Shown here in pieces: positions 8,180 to 18,700 of a stretch of 43,690 nt of DNA. This stretch comes from a virus (lineage: Duplodnaviria; Caudoviricetes): positions 1 to 43,690 of IMG/VR virus record IMGVR_UViG_3300044670_001838; one strand, 5' to 3'. Under the pieces are notes generated by a model. It did no database searches and was not told the origin of the DNA. It worked only from the letters and a program-made list of their open reading frames with translations. Position numbers and translations under genes: made by a program. Each line of letters starts with the position of its first letter. Within the stretch, counting starts at the first letter, position 1.

Positions 8180-9325
8180 TTATTGAGTTTCTTCGGCCCG
8201 AACAGTGTAGGTACTGCCAGGGTCGTCTTGGTTCTGATGGATCCAAGCGATAGTGTTTCCCGAGAATGCGTCATCGTGTACCCGTAGCTCATCAACCTTG
8301 CCGTGGTAGTAACCGCTCGTCTCGCGGCGGCCGATGTAGAAGGGTTGATTCGCCCATGTGGCCCAGGAGCCAGTTTCCGTCTCCGGCGAGTTCGCAATCT
8401 CTGCGCCGTCAAGGTAGCCCCTGGCGTTGCTGCCGTCCCATGTGAATGCATAGTGATACCATGTCCCCGTAGACAGGATGCCCGTGCTGTAGGTCATATT
8501 TGACCACACATTTCCGCCGTTGCCCAGGCTGGGCCGCAGGTCGCCGCCCCATATCCAGAGCCCGTAGCCCTGGTTGGTGCTAGCACCATGGTGGAAGAGC
8601 ACGCCATCCGTGAAATCGTCTGCCTGAAACCAGCACATTGCCGTAAAGGATGTGTCAGACGGGCGCATGTCATAAGCCTCTGAATCCGTCGTAGGAATGG
8701 CATTGTATTCGTTTGAGCCATCATAGTCGATGCACTTGCCGACCTTGCCGTCTATGGTGTCGCCGCCTTCAAGGTTGAAGTCGTCCGCATGGAGATGCCC
8801 GCCGCTAGTCGCCCAGTTATCTTGCGGCAGCAGCGCGTAATCATCCATGTGCCAGACCCCCATGTAGTCAGCGCCACTATCGTCCCACAGGTCTTGCTGG
8901 TCGGACGGGTTGGCGGCAGATGGATAGTCATAGTAGAGATAGATGTCCGTGTCGACACTCGAAGAAAGCGTCCCGACATAGATCCATGTGTGCCCAGTGT
9001 CACCCGAATCATCGTAATCCTCTGGCTGAATCTTTAGCTCAGTCGTCTTGTCGTCGGTAGAGGCGCGCTGGTCGTACCCGTCAGACCTGACATTGTCGTG
9101 AAAGGTCGACGGCATGTCAGACAGATCCACGCAGAGAACTGCATCGGTCATCGTCGAGGCGATCTGGCTGGAAAGGATTGTTATCCTACTGCGGCGCTGA
9201 TAGTTTGTGTCCATCCACGGTTCAACATCCCCGTTCGTAACAACGGCGCGCCGGTGAATTATTGGATTCGCCAGGATGCTTGGAGCAACCAGCAGGTACG
9301 CGAGCAGAAGCCGTTCTATCACCAT
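8180..9325 (-). CDS. DUF2341-like plus LamG/concanavalin-A lectin domain protein with signal peptide
   Basis: VRSDGYDQR...ELKIQPEDYD...TWIYV..LSSSVDTDIYLYY (DUF2341-like); GKVGKCIDYDG, WYHYAFTWDG...YLDG and YHGKVDELRV (LamG); N-terminal ERLLLAYLLVAPSILA. Confidence 0.8.
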   Translation of the reverse strand: MVIERLLLAYLLVAPSILANPIIHRRAVVTNGDVEPWMDTNYQRRSRITILSSQIASTMTDAVLCVDLSDMPSTFHDNVRSDGYDQRASTDDKTTELKIQPEDYDDSGDTGHTWIYVGTLSSSVDTDIYLYYDYPSAANPSDQQDLWDDSGADYMGVWHMDDYALLPQDNWATSGGHLHADDFNLEGGDTIDGKVGKCIDYDGSNEYNAIPTTDSEAYDMRPSDTSFTAMCWFQADDFTDGVLFHHGASTNQGYGLWIWGGDLRPSLGNGGNVWSNMTYSTGILSTGTWYHYAFTWDGSNARGYLDGAEIANSPETETGSWATWANQPFYIGRRETSGYYHGKVDELRVHDDAFSGNTIAWIHQNQDDPGSTYTVRAEETQ

Positions 9326-11187
9326 GCAGCCTCTACAGTAGTCTTCGTTTGGTACTGAACCAGCGCGCCATAAAATTCGCCATCCGCATTGAGTGTGTCG
9401 CTGCCGTTGTCTGCATCGCGGGTGATCTGGATAAAAATCATATCACCGCCAGCGGGCGAGCCCTGGACGGTAACCGCTGCGGTGGCCGATGAGACGTGAA
9501 TATCGCTAGTCGTGATTTTGCTGTCCGTGACGCTGATCCCCGCCCCCTCGGCTTGGTCTATCGCATCCGAGTCACCGCACGCTCGCGCGGCGACGTTCCA
9601 AATGACGTTACCGGTGCCCGTGGAGTCCCAGTAGAACTTGACTTTGATCGTGCCCCCATCCCAATTCTCTGGCGTGGGGAACTGGCACCAAATCCCCTCA
9701 TCTGTGGCCGCGTCAAAGTTGTAGTGGTCTACCTGAACGTCATTGGTAACCTTCTCTTCGTTCTCCCATTCGGCCCCGTTCGTGGTGCGCGTGGAGAATA
9801 GCCCCGCTGCAAGCTCCCAGTAGTCATACTCGCCGCGCGCAAGGGTAACCACTCCCGCCGTTGCGTTGAAGTCTGTATCGTTGAAGGCGGCAACCCCCTG
9901 CGTGGATCCGTCATCGTCCGCATCTGGCAGGTTGGCAGCCGGCAATACGTTGGCGACATCTGCGGTTAGATCTACCAAATTGCGAACAATGGTTTGCCCG
10001 GTGAGCGTGATGTAGTCGGGGGTTCCGACCATTGTCACATCTAGCGAGTTGTCGGTCCCGGCAGCATCAACCCCTAGCGTGGTTCGCGCCGCCGCTGGGT
10101 CGGCATCGTCCAGGACCGCGCGGATAAATGAGCTTATGGTGGTGTTTTCTTCAAGCGCTAGCGTTGCGACATCCGCATCGAGCCCGAGCACTGCATTCAA
10201 CTCGCTAAACGTGTCCCATTCAGCATCGAGGGTTACCGTGGATTCGAGCCTGCTAGCACTGAGTGTGCCATCCGCCAAATCATCAAGGTCGGCATCCCCG
10301 TCTTGTTTTGAATCCCAGCCGGCGGCTCCCGCGACGTATGCATCGGCAATGGCAGTTCCTTGCCACACTCCAACGGTGATCGTTGACACCTCTCCTAGCT
10401 GCGCTGCAACCGCTAGCGATGGCAACGTATCGATAGCAGCCTCGATAGTCGCCTCTGTGGTCGCATCGATCGAGTTGACGGCATTCAGGGCAATCTGGCC
10501 GCCAGATTCCAGCAGTACCTGATCTGAGCCAAGCGTGAGCCGCCCGCCTGCAACAAGCGTCAGGGTCGAGCCATCCCAGGTTAGCCCAGAGTCGCCCTCG
10601 ATCGAGCCATCACCTGTCCAGATTGCAATCTGATTATCCACTGGAGTGCCAACCTTGGAGACATCCCCCTTGGCGTCCCATGTAGCCGCACCAGCGATAT
10701 AGGCATCGTCAATAACGCCACCTTCCCATGTCCCGACGCTAATCGTTCCGACATCGGTAAGGTTGACCAGCGAGATTATTGCGCTCGAAAGTGTGGCCAA
10801 CGTAGTCGCATCAATCTCATCCACATTCTGCAAGGTGGTAACGCCGCCGAAATCATCAATAATCACCACTGCATCAAACGCCACATTTCCCGATGCCGGG
10901 AGGTTGAGAACCCCGCCAACAAACGTGATATCAGTGTTCTGCAACAAGAGGCCGGTAGTTGAATCAAACGTCGCGATGGCATTGTCCGTCGAGCCGCCCC
11001 CTGGGCCCACGACATCGCCACTGCCGCCACCGGTAGAGATAATCACCCCGCCCATGGTTGAGTTGGCGGGGAGGTCATACACCACGTCGGGTGACATTTC
11101 TCCCGTGTCTCGATCGACGCGAACATTCTCATCCGCCACGCAGAGCAAGGAGGCGAGGGTAATCAGTAGTAGTAGGTGCTTCATCAT
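9319..11187 (-). CDS. Fibre-like protein with phage fibre repeats, C-terminal beta-sandwich and N-terminal signal peptide
   Basis: GDVVGP..STDNAIATFDSTTG, GDVSKVGTPVDNQIAIWTGDG and LDDADPAAARTTLG fibre motifs; C-terminal PENWDGGTIKVKFYW...IQITRDA domain; MMKHLLLLITLASLLCVA leader. Confidence 0.75.
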   Translation of the reverse strand: MMKHLLLLITLASLLCVADENVRVDRDTGEMSPDVVYDLPANSTMGGVIISTGGGSGDVVGPGGGSTDNAIATFDSTTGLLLQNTDITFVGGVLNLPASGNVAFDAVVIIDDFGGVTTLQNVDEIDATTLATLSSAIISLVNLTDVGTISVGTWEGGVIDDAYIAGAATWDAKGDVSKVGTPVDNQIAIWTGDGSIEGDSGLTWDGSTLTLVAGGRLTLGSDQVLLESGGQIALNAVNSIDATTEATIEAAIDTLPSLAVAAQLGEVSTITVGVWQGTAIADAYVAGAAGWDSKQDGDADLDDLADGTLSASRLESTVTLDAEWDTFSELNAVLGLDADVATLALEENTTISSFIRAVLDDADPAAARTTLGVDAAGTDNSLDVTMVGTPDYITLTGQTIVRNLVDLTADVANVLPAANLPDADDDGSTQGVAAFNDTDFNATAGVVTLARGEYDYWELAAGLFSTRTTNGAEWENEEKVTNDVQVDHYNFDAATDEGIWCQFPTPENWDGGTIKVKFYWDSTGTGNVIWNVAARACGDSDAIDQAEGAGISVTDSKITTSDIHVSSATAAVTVQGSPAGGDMIFIQITRDADNGSDTLNADGEFYGALVQYQTKTTVEAAW

Positions 11188-12350
11188 GGCTGGGAAAACC
11201 TTCCTTCTGCAATTGCTGTGTTCGAGGTCTGCTTGCGGAGCTTACAGTGACCGTATTGCGTGGGCAGAGTGATGTTGCCCGCGGAACCCAAGACCCCGTC
11301 GATGCTATCGGCATCGTCGTACTCAATTTCAGGGGTGACGCCAGACTCGTCATTGAATAAGTGCGGCACCCACTTGCCCCATGTGGACATTGCGGGGAGC
11401 GTAGCGGTATAGGCACCGGTGAAGCGATACAACTGCTCGCCGTCCACTGGGCTTAGCGTGCGATCTGCATCGATCAGGCCTGGGGACTCGGGGAGCAATG
11501 TCTGTTCGGGTTGGTAAATCACTTGGGCGGAGCCGGAGTATAGGCGTCGCTGCACGATGTACTCGCCGGGAATGATAGTGCCGGCCTTCTGAAAAAGAGG
11601 GGCGTCGATATACCCATCCCAAGGCTTGTTGGTAACCGAGTTGTTTCCGATTGCGATCTCGCTCGAACCTTCGTCCCAGATGTCAACGCCTGTCATATCC
11701 CCGGTGCCGACCATTACCTCATCAACGAAGAGTAGCAGCAAGTCACCTATGCGGCACGCACGATAGGCATGCCAAGCGTTTGAAGAGATAAGGCCCGTAA
11801 TGTCTACGGAAACGCTGGCTGTGTTGCTGCCAGCGGTGCTATAGGAAAACACCAAGTTCTGCGTGGCACCGTCAGTCAGGGCCAACTGCCATGACAGGTT
11901 CGTCCCATCTTCCCACTTGCCGATCAGGACGCCAGCAAAGGGGAGCGTTACCGGGGTGCCAGGGTCGTCGCCGATCATGGCAGCGATCTGAATGTCAAAT
12001 TCGCCCGTCGTGGGATCGAAGTCGGTGCTCTGCGGGATTGTCGCGCGGTCGTCGCCGTCGTCGCCCTCGAAATGAATAGAACTGTCGCCAGCAAAGAACT
12101 CGTCGGTGCTGATAGCAGCAGCCCCCTCAAGGGTCACCGTGTGGGCGCTAGCGCTCACGTCAGTCAGTGCTGCCGAGTCGACATTGAGGGCTAGCTTCAC
12201 GTCCGAGGAAACGGCCCCGAGGGTTCGCGCGATCAAGGCGCGCCCGTCGTCATACTCGTCAGGCAGCGGGAGGGATGCCAGCTTGGCGATCTGAGTGGCA
12301 GTCAGCGCAGTGCCGCCGGCGCCCGATGGTTTTTGGATTCCTGATGCCAT
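11184..12350 (-). CDS. LamG/concanavalin-A domain virion appendage protein
   Basis: TDVSASAHTVT..GAAAIST..FFAGDSSIHFEG, WHAYRACR...LFVDE and WDGYID; C-terminal TATLP...DSIDG knob domain. Confidence 0.75.
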   Translation of the reverse strand: MASGIQKPSGAGGTALTATQIAKLASLPLPDEYDDGRALIARTLGAVSSDVKLALNVDSAALTDVSASAHTVTLEGAAAISTDEFFAGDSSIHFEGDDGDDRATIPQSTDFDPTTGEFDIQIAAMIGDDPGTPVTLPFAGVLIGKWEDGTNLSWQLALTDGATQNLVFSYSTAGSNTASVSVDITGLISSNAWHAYRACRIGDLLLLFVDEVMVGTGDMTGVDIWDEGSSEIAIGNNSVTNKPWDGYIDAPLFQKAGTIIPGEYIVQRRLYSGSAQVIYQPEQTLLPESPGLIDADRTLSPVDGEQLYRFTGAYTATLPAMSTWGKWVPHLFNDESGVTPEIEYDDADSIDGVLGSAGNITLPTQYGHCKLRKQTSNTAIAEGRFSQP

Positions 12351-12359
12351 GTCGATCTC

Positions 12360-12731
12360 CTAGTATACCCAGATGCGGCAGACGGCAGTGTCAGTCGACT
12401 CTGTGAGTTTGATTTTGCTGATGAGCAAACCGTGCCCGTCACCAAGGTTTAGGGTTTCCCCGGCCTTAAGATGCACGTCATCATCGTAAGAGCCAGTCCC
12501 CGTGTCGATGGCAACAGTGACAGTGAGAGAGGCGTCGTCATTGACGATGTTGCCGCCAACTCCGAAACGACCAAGCGCAGTGGCGACGTCCACCTCCACG
12601 CCAGCAGCTGCAGCAGTCGTGCCAGCACCATTGGCGTAGTAGTTGGGGGACACGCCCTGGTAGAGACGGGAGATGCCGCCGACGAATTCCATGAGTTTTT
12701 TGACAGCGCCGGTCAGTATTTGTGCGGCCAT
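12360..12731 (-). CDS. Small beta-rich putative virion protein
   Basis: AAGGAG RBS; HLKAGETLNL...ISKIKL...CRIWVY beta-sandwich-like pattern. Confidence 0.6.
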   Translation of the reverse strand: MAAQILTGAVKKLMEFVGGISRLYQGVSPNYYANGAGTTAAAAGVEVDVATALGRFGVGGNIVNDDASLTVTVAIDTGTGSYDDDVHLKAGETLNLGDGHGLLISKIKLTESTDTAVCRIWVY

Positions 12732-12732
12732 G

Positions 12733-15700
12733 TTACTTCTCCTTGCGTAGGGTTTGAATCGAGGTTTGTCGTGAAAAATCTGCTTTCATCTGGTTCATCG
12801 CGTTAATCTTCTCCCGGCGCTGGGTCGGATTCAGATTAGGATTAGCGTCGATGCGCTTGATCTGGCGATTGATGTCCCGGAGGGTTGTTTGTGCCTTGGA
12901 CAGCGCCCGCCGCATCGCCAGCTTGTCTTTGTTCTCTTGGGCAATTCGGTAGGCGCGGTCGTAGTTGCCAAGGCGCAGGTAGTGCTGCTGGCTGGCGAAG
13001 ATCTCTGAGACCTCATCATGCACGTTGTAGAACTCTGTGAGGTACTTTGTGTGACTCGGGGCATCCGTGCCACGATAGAGAGCCTCAAGCCCATAAACGT
13101 CGCGAGCTCGCAGTGTCTGGGGGAAAACGTCCTGCCCGGAGACGAAGCGCCACGCCTTGTCCACTGTCCCGTTCACCTGGGCGCCGAGCCATCCGGAATA
13201 CGCATTGATCAAATGATCGACTTGCACGGGGCTGGCCGCGGGGACAAAGGGGATGGCACTTGCCTTCTGAGACAGCCAAGCCAATGCCTTCGATGGGGCA
13301 GGCGTGTTCGGCGCCGCTCTGTCCATGGGCATCAGGCGGCTCATCGACATACCCTCGATGGCGCGACCGGTGAAGCTATCCTTGTTTGCGTACACCTCGA
13401 CCATGGGTGCTATGACCTGAGGCCAGCTGACCAGATTAAGTTGCTCGCTGAAAATCTTGTACATGCTCGAGGCGAGCTCTTCAGTCGTAGTCTCGCCAAG
13501 GAAGGCGTCGGCGCCGCGCTCAGCAATTGTGGCGAACGAGCCAAGCTCAAAGGGACGGGGCAAGCGGAAGTGGTGGCCGCCAAGGAATATGTGGTGGTAG
13601 CTGTCCTTCTCCCAGTTCTCGAGTTCCTTGTACTCGTCCTCATCGTGGTTAAGGAACCAGAGGAACGTAGCAACGCCCACATACGTGCCAAGGACGCGCT
13701 TAAACTGCTCTCGCTGCACCGGGTCACTCCCAGAGCGGTAAAGCTTGTACATGCCCTGTAGGCGGGCGTTGAAGAAGGGCATGATCTGTCCGAGGAGGCG
13801 CGCGCCCTGCCAGGAACCCATGCCGCCAAAGTTCAAGAGGTCCATCGACTCCCATGTGGCCTGATCGCCAGCCTGCTCCCATGCCTCGTCTACACTAAGG
13901 TCAGGGTGGCGAGAAAGGATATTGGCTGCGGCGCCCATGCGGTTGACATTCTCCGCCTTGTTCATCATGTGCCCATACGTGCCAGTGAGACCGCTGATTT
14001 TCTCGGACACCTGATGCGCAACTGCAGCCAGCTTCTCACGGCCCTCCGCGCTACTGATATCGATACCGCTTGCATGGATGTGCTTCGCCAGGCGATCGGC
14101 GCCGGAACGAATCTCGCCGCTAAAGTTGTTGCCGAACTCGAAGGTCCCGCCAGACACAGCCAACCGTGCCGCCAGCAGTGACCCCTCGCGAGAAGCCTTG
14201 AGGCCGCGCTTGAGATTGACCAACGGGTTTCGGTGAGTGTCAGCAACTGCAGCTGCATGGATTGAGTCACGGAGCAGGTTGCGGACCTGAAACGCCGGGT
14301 TGGCTGTGACACCCATGGTCAGCATGCGCTTGAACTTCGTCGCCGCCTTGATGACGGGGTTCTTGAATCCTTGGTCGTACTCCAAGTTGGTGAGCGACTC
14401 AAGCACCAAGGCGCCGTCGATCTCCACGCCGTTGCGATCCTTGAGTGTGGTATCGATCTCGTACCACACTTTCTGGTTGCCGATGACGACGTTGCCCTTC
14501 TTGTCCAGCTTCTCCACATAGACCTGGTCGCCGTTCTCATCCTTGACGTTGCGCATGACTGGCTTGCGCTTCTTCATCTTGGGCTTGCCGTCCTTGCGCA
14601 TGACTGGCTCCTGCTTCTTGACCATCACCGGTGCGTTCTCGAGATGCCAGACATGGTTTTCCTTGGGATCAAACTTCATGCGCCCACTGTCGGGAGAGTA
14701 GGTCATGCGCTCGTTCAGGGCCTTGCGGTCTAGTCGCTTGGCGATACCCAGGCGCTCAGCATCTTCCAGTGCCTGCTTGGCCGCCATGTTGCGCAATGAC
14801 GCACTTACGAGGTGGCTCAGGTTCTGCACATAGTTTTCAAAGGGGTCGCCAATGGGCTTGCCGCTACCGATCAAGCGACGGATGCCGCCTTGGTTGACGA
14901 TCTGATTGATCTCATTCCCGCCAATCAGGTAGTGGTCTTTCTTGCCATCCTCGGCCAGACGGAAGAAGGGCACGTAGAAGTCCCGGTCCCACTGCTTCAT
15001 GTTCTGAGGGGAAACGACACCTGCAGAGATGGCCACCTTCAAAGCGGCACGTCGAGCGCGGTCAACACGGGCTGCGGCTTGCGCATACACCAGCTTGCGA
15101 CTGCGACCATCTTTCATGGTGCCCTCGTTGAGGCTCTGCATCTCCTCGATCTCCGCAAGAGTAAAGGTCTTCTCGCGGTCCTCCAACAGAAGATCGCCAG
15201 CACGCATGCCGGTCATCCAATACCAGAAGTTCTGAAATTCCTTGCCCGAGAGATGTTTCCGGAAGTACGCCTCAAGGCCGTCATTGGTCTTGTCGACGGT
15301 AATGATGCCCTTCGAGGTCAGCCGGATGTCGCCAAACTGAAAGATGCCAAGGACCGCATTGGACCCCGCATTGGACATGTGTGCCTTCTTCCAGCTGATG
15401 AGCTTGCCTTGAAGGTCGCCACCTAGTGCCTTGCCCATTTTGCGTAGGGAGTAGTACCGATCAAAGACACCTTGGGCGAAGTTGTTCCCGATCCAGCGCT
15501 TGAGCCGGACCTTCAAGGGGTCAGTCGCAACAGCTTGCCGGCCGATCTTTTTCTCGAACCCGGTATTGGATGGGTCGCCGATACTGAAGCGGATGTTGTC
15601 TACGTCTTGGAGTCGGGTAGCCTTGCCCCGCATGCGAAGATGGGTCTCGCGATTATAGGCATCCTTAAAGGCGTCGATAATCTGATCGTCGGCAAGCTCT

Positions 15701-18700
15701 GATCGCGCCTTGAAGTCGAACCCGCCAACCGTGCCCTCATAGCCGGATTCCCTGGCTACTGAGTAAAGCCAGTCGGCTATTTCTGTGTCCGTGGCAAGAG
15801 CCGCCCCATCGTCGGTTTGGTTGAAGAATAAATCTGCCTTTGTGGCACGCCCCCTCTCTTTGCGCTCATCGAGCCAATGACCCCATACCCGTGCCATGTT
15901 TCGCTGCAATGACCAGCCCCCTGGGTGATTAAGGCCACCGCCAAACTCATCCACCTCAGAGTCGCCAGTTTCTTCAAGGTCGGAATCGGGATCCCCCAAC
16001 TGCGCCTCCGAAACAAAGTCCTCAAGATCAGACATGGCCTTGTCTAGCTCGGCATGCCATGCATCCACTACCGAACTGACTGGCCGCCCCTGTTCCTCTG
16101 CCGAGATGTATTCGCCGTCAATATCTGCTGACAGCTTTTTTATCTTGGCGGTGAAGGCATCAACAGTTTTCTGGTCGCTATCGGACAGCCCGTCGAACGG
16201 GCTAACGATGCTTACATCTTCTTGAGCGCTTGTTCCTTTTCCTTGTGAGCTTTGGCCACGTTTTGCATTGCTCGATCCCCCACTTTTTTGAGAAGATCCA
16301 TCATTGAATGGCGTGTCAATTGAAAATCGGATATTGTCTCGCCTTTTAATGGCTCTCGCGAGGTATCCTGAGATGGTGTCGTTTGTTGTTGCGCCACTGT
16401 ATCCTGCCTTCTTTGATTCGTTGATGATCCAAAACCAGCGAACAGCTTGAAGCGCCGCTGGGGAAATGTCAAGACCGGTCTCCAAATCCCACTCCTTCTT
16501 AAACTCAGTCGCAAAGTTTTGGAATAAATCATTCTCGGCCGAGTTCTTAGGGAGGCCAAAAGTCTTCATCATCCCCTCAAAGCGCGGACGGATGAAGCGG
16601 GACTCCCATACGTCTGTCGTGGTGTACCGGTCGTTGCCTAGCGAGTTGAGTGTGTAGGCACCAACCTTCTGACCGAACATCATTGCACGCGGGATAGTCG
16701 TCAACTGGCTCACGGGGATGCCCTTTGCCGACGCCACTACAGCCTCGATACTACCGCGACCCTCCATCCCCTTGTAGGGGAGCGCCATGTCGATGCCCAT
16801 CTTGTCTGCCTTCAACTGCTTCCAAGTGACTTCTTCTAAGAACCAATCGACCGCTTGCTGAAGACCGCCTTCGCGCCTGGCTACCGATAAGAATGCTTCT
16901 GCTGCCCTGGCCTTATTCGGGCCGGTAGAGTTAGAGATCGGGAACGGCGTGTGCTCTATGATGGCGTTGCCCTTGGCGGATGGTCCCATGGAAAAGATGC
17001 CCTCTGGACCGTTCTCCTGCACCGCCATGAACGTGTTATATGCCTCGTTAATGTTCGCAGACAACATTGTATTGCTGCTGAATAACCCACTAAAAAGGCG
17101 AAATGTGCTGAACTGCTCATCTGTCACTGGGGTGCCTAGAGCTTCCCCGAGAAGGTCTCTGGAAATAGCCCAGTCCTTGTGATAGTAGTCTAGGTACTGG
17201 GGGTTCTCGGCGACGAACTCTTGAATCTCTTGAACCGCTGTCGCCGCGGCCTTGTTGATATCCTTGGCGTCTTGTGTCAACCCCTTGCCTTGACGCCTCA
17301 TCATGCGAGCGAGAGACTCGAAAAAGGTGATCTCGGAAGATACTTTTTTGCCCTTGTCCGCCAGCTCGGCAAATCCTCTTGATATTTCAGGGGATTTGCG
17401 AATGCTGAAGCTGATGTTGTTCTTGTTGGGGTCGAACCGATCGCGCATCGGGATGGCATTGCCGGATTTATCGCGAGTAACAGGTGCCGCCGACTTGATC
17501 TGCCATGGTTCAAAGACTCCGTATGTCGGCGTGCCACCTTCCTTGGTAGCGATTCCGTCGTACCCGAGTTCCTTGAAGAAGTCGATAAGCTCGGCGTTGG
17601 TGTCCCAGTGTTTCCATAAGGGCAGCTTCTCGGTGTCATCCAATACGTTGTTGATTGTATCCTTCGCACGGGCAATGAATTGGCTGTCCAGGGGTTGTGT
17701 GATCAGTCCATCCGAGAATGCACCATTCATCACCTCTAGGGCGAATCCTCGCGCCGTGCGCTCGAGGCCGGGCCGATGCAGACGAAGCAGGGACTTTGCC
17801 GACAGGTATGCTTCGTAAACGTCCGTGGTGCCTTTGCCCTGTGAGTTATGCCATTCGCGGTGGTCGGCATATTCCTTTGCGAACTCCTTCTTGGGCGTCC
17901 ACCACTTGGTCAGACCATCGAATTCCGTGATATCGCTTCCGCCGTCCGTGCCATGATAGACCTTTTGGGGGTTGCCATTTTTATCCACCACTTCGCTGCC
18001 CTTAAACCACTCCGAGTCCTTGACGGCATCTTGGATGCTGAACCGGATGTCGGGAGCATCCTTCTCGTCCAGTGCGTCATTGAGCTTGCCATCCCCGTCG
18101 ACGCCTTGATAGAAGAGTCGATGGTCCTTTGCCGCGGCATTCGCAGCATCCAATGCCGAGGAGTAGTCCCCCACTGCATCGTAGTCAGGATCGATCAGTG
18201 TATACTTGCCTTTTTTGCCAGTGATCAAGTAGGTGCCGTCATCTGTATGAAATTCATATTTCCGGGTGGACCTGGATTCCCAATTCTCGAGTCGGACCAT
18301 GCGATCCGCCTCCCTTACCACCCGGCGGCGAGTTTCTGCTTTTTGCGCCGCATCCCTGGCTCGCCGGCTGCGAGATGGATCGAGAGCCGCTTCTTGGATT
18401 TTTTTTGCCAATGCTGTCAACTGTTGCGGCGGTGGCCTGTTGGCGAGCTTGAACACATTGGCAATTTCGCTAACCGCATCTCGAATGAATTGAGCCAGCT
18501 TTGAGAGAACCCCTGGCGATGAACCCGCAATCTCTGATATCCAAGATTCGTCAACGGACGCTCGAAATGCGTTGGCCTCTGCCAGCCCCTCTTCGTACAT
18601 GATGTCCCGCTGGTAGTCGAACCAGTCGTTCAACCCCCATCGCTTCTTTATGGAGTCCAGGACCTCCGTGGATTCATGGCGGCGATAGCCATCACGGAAT

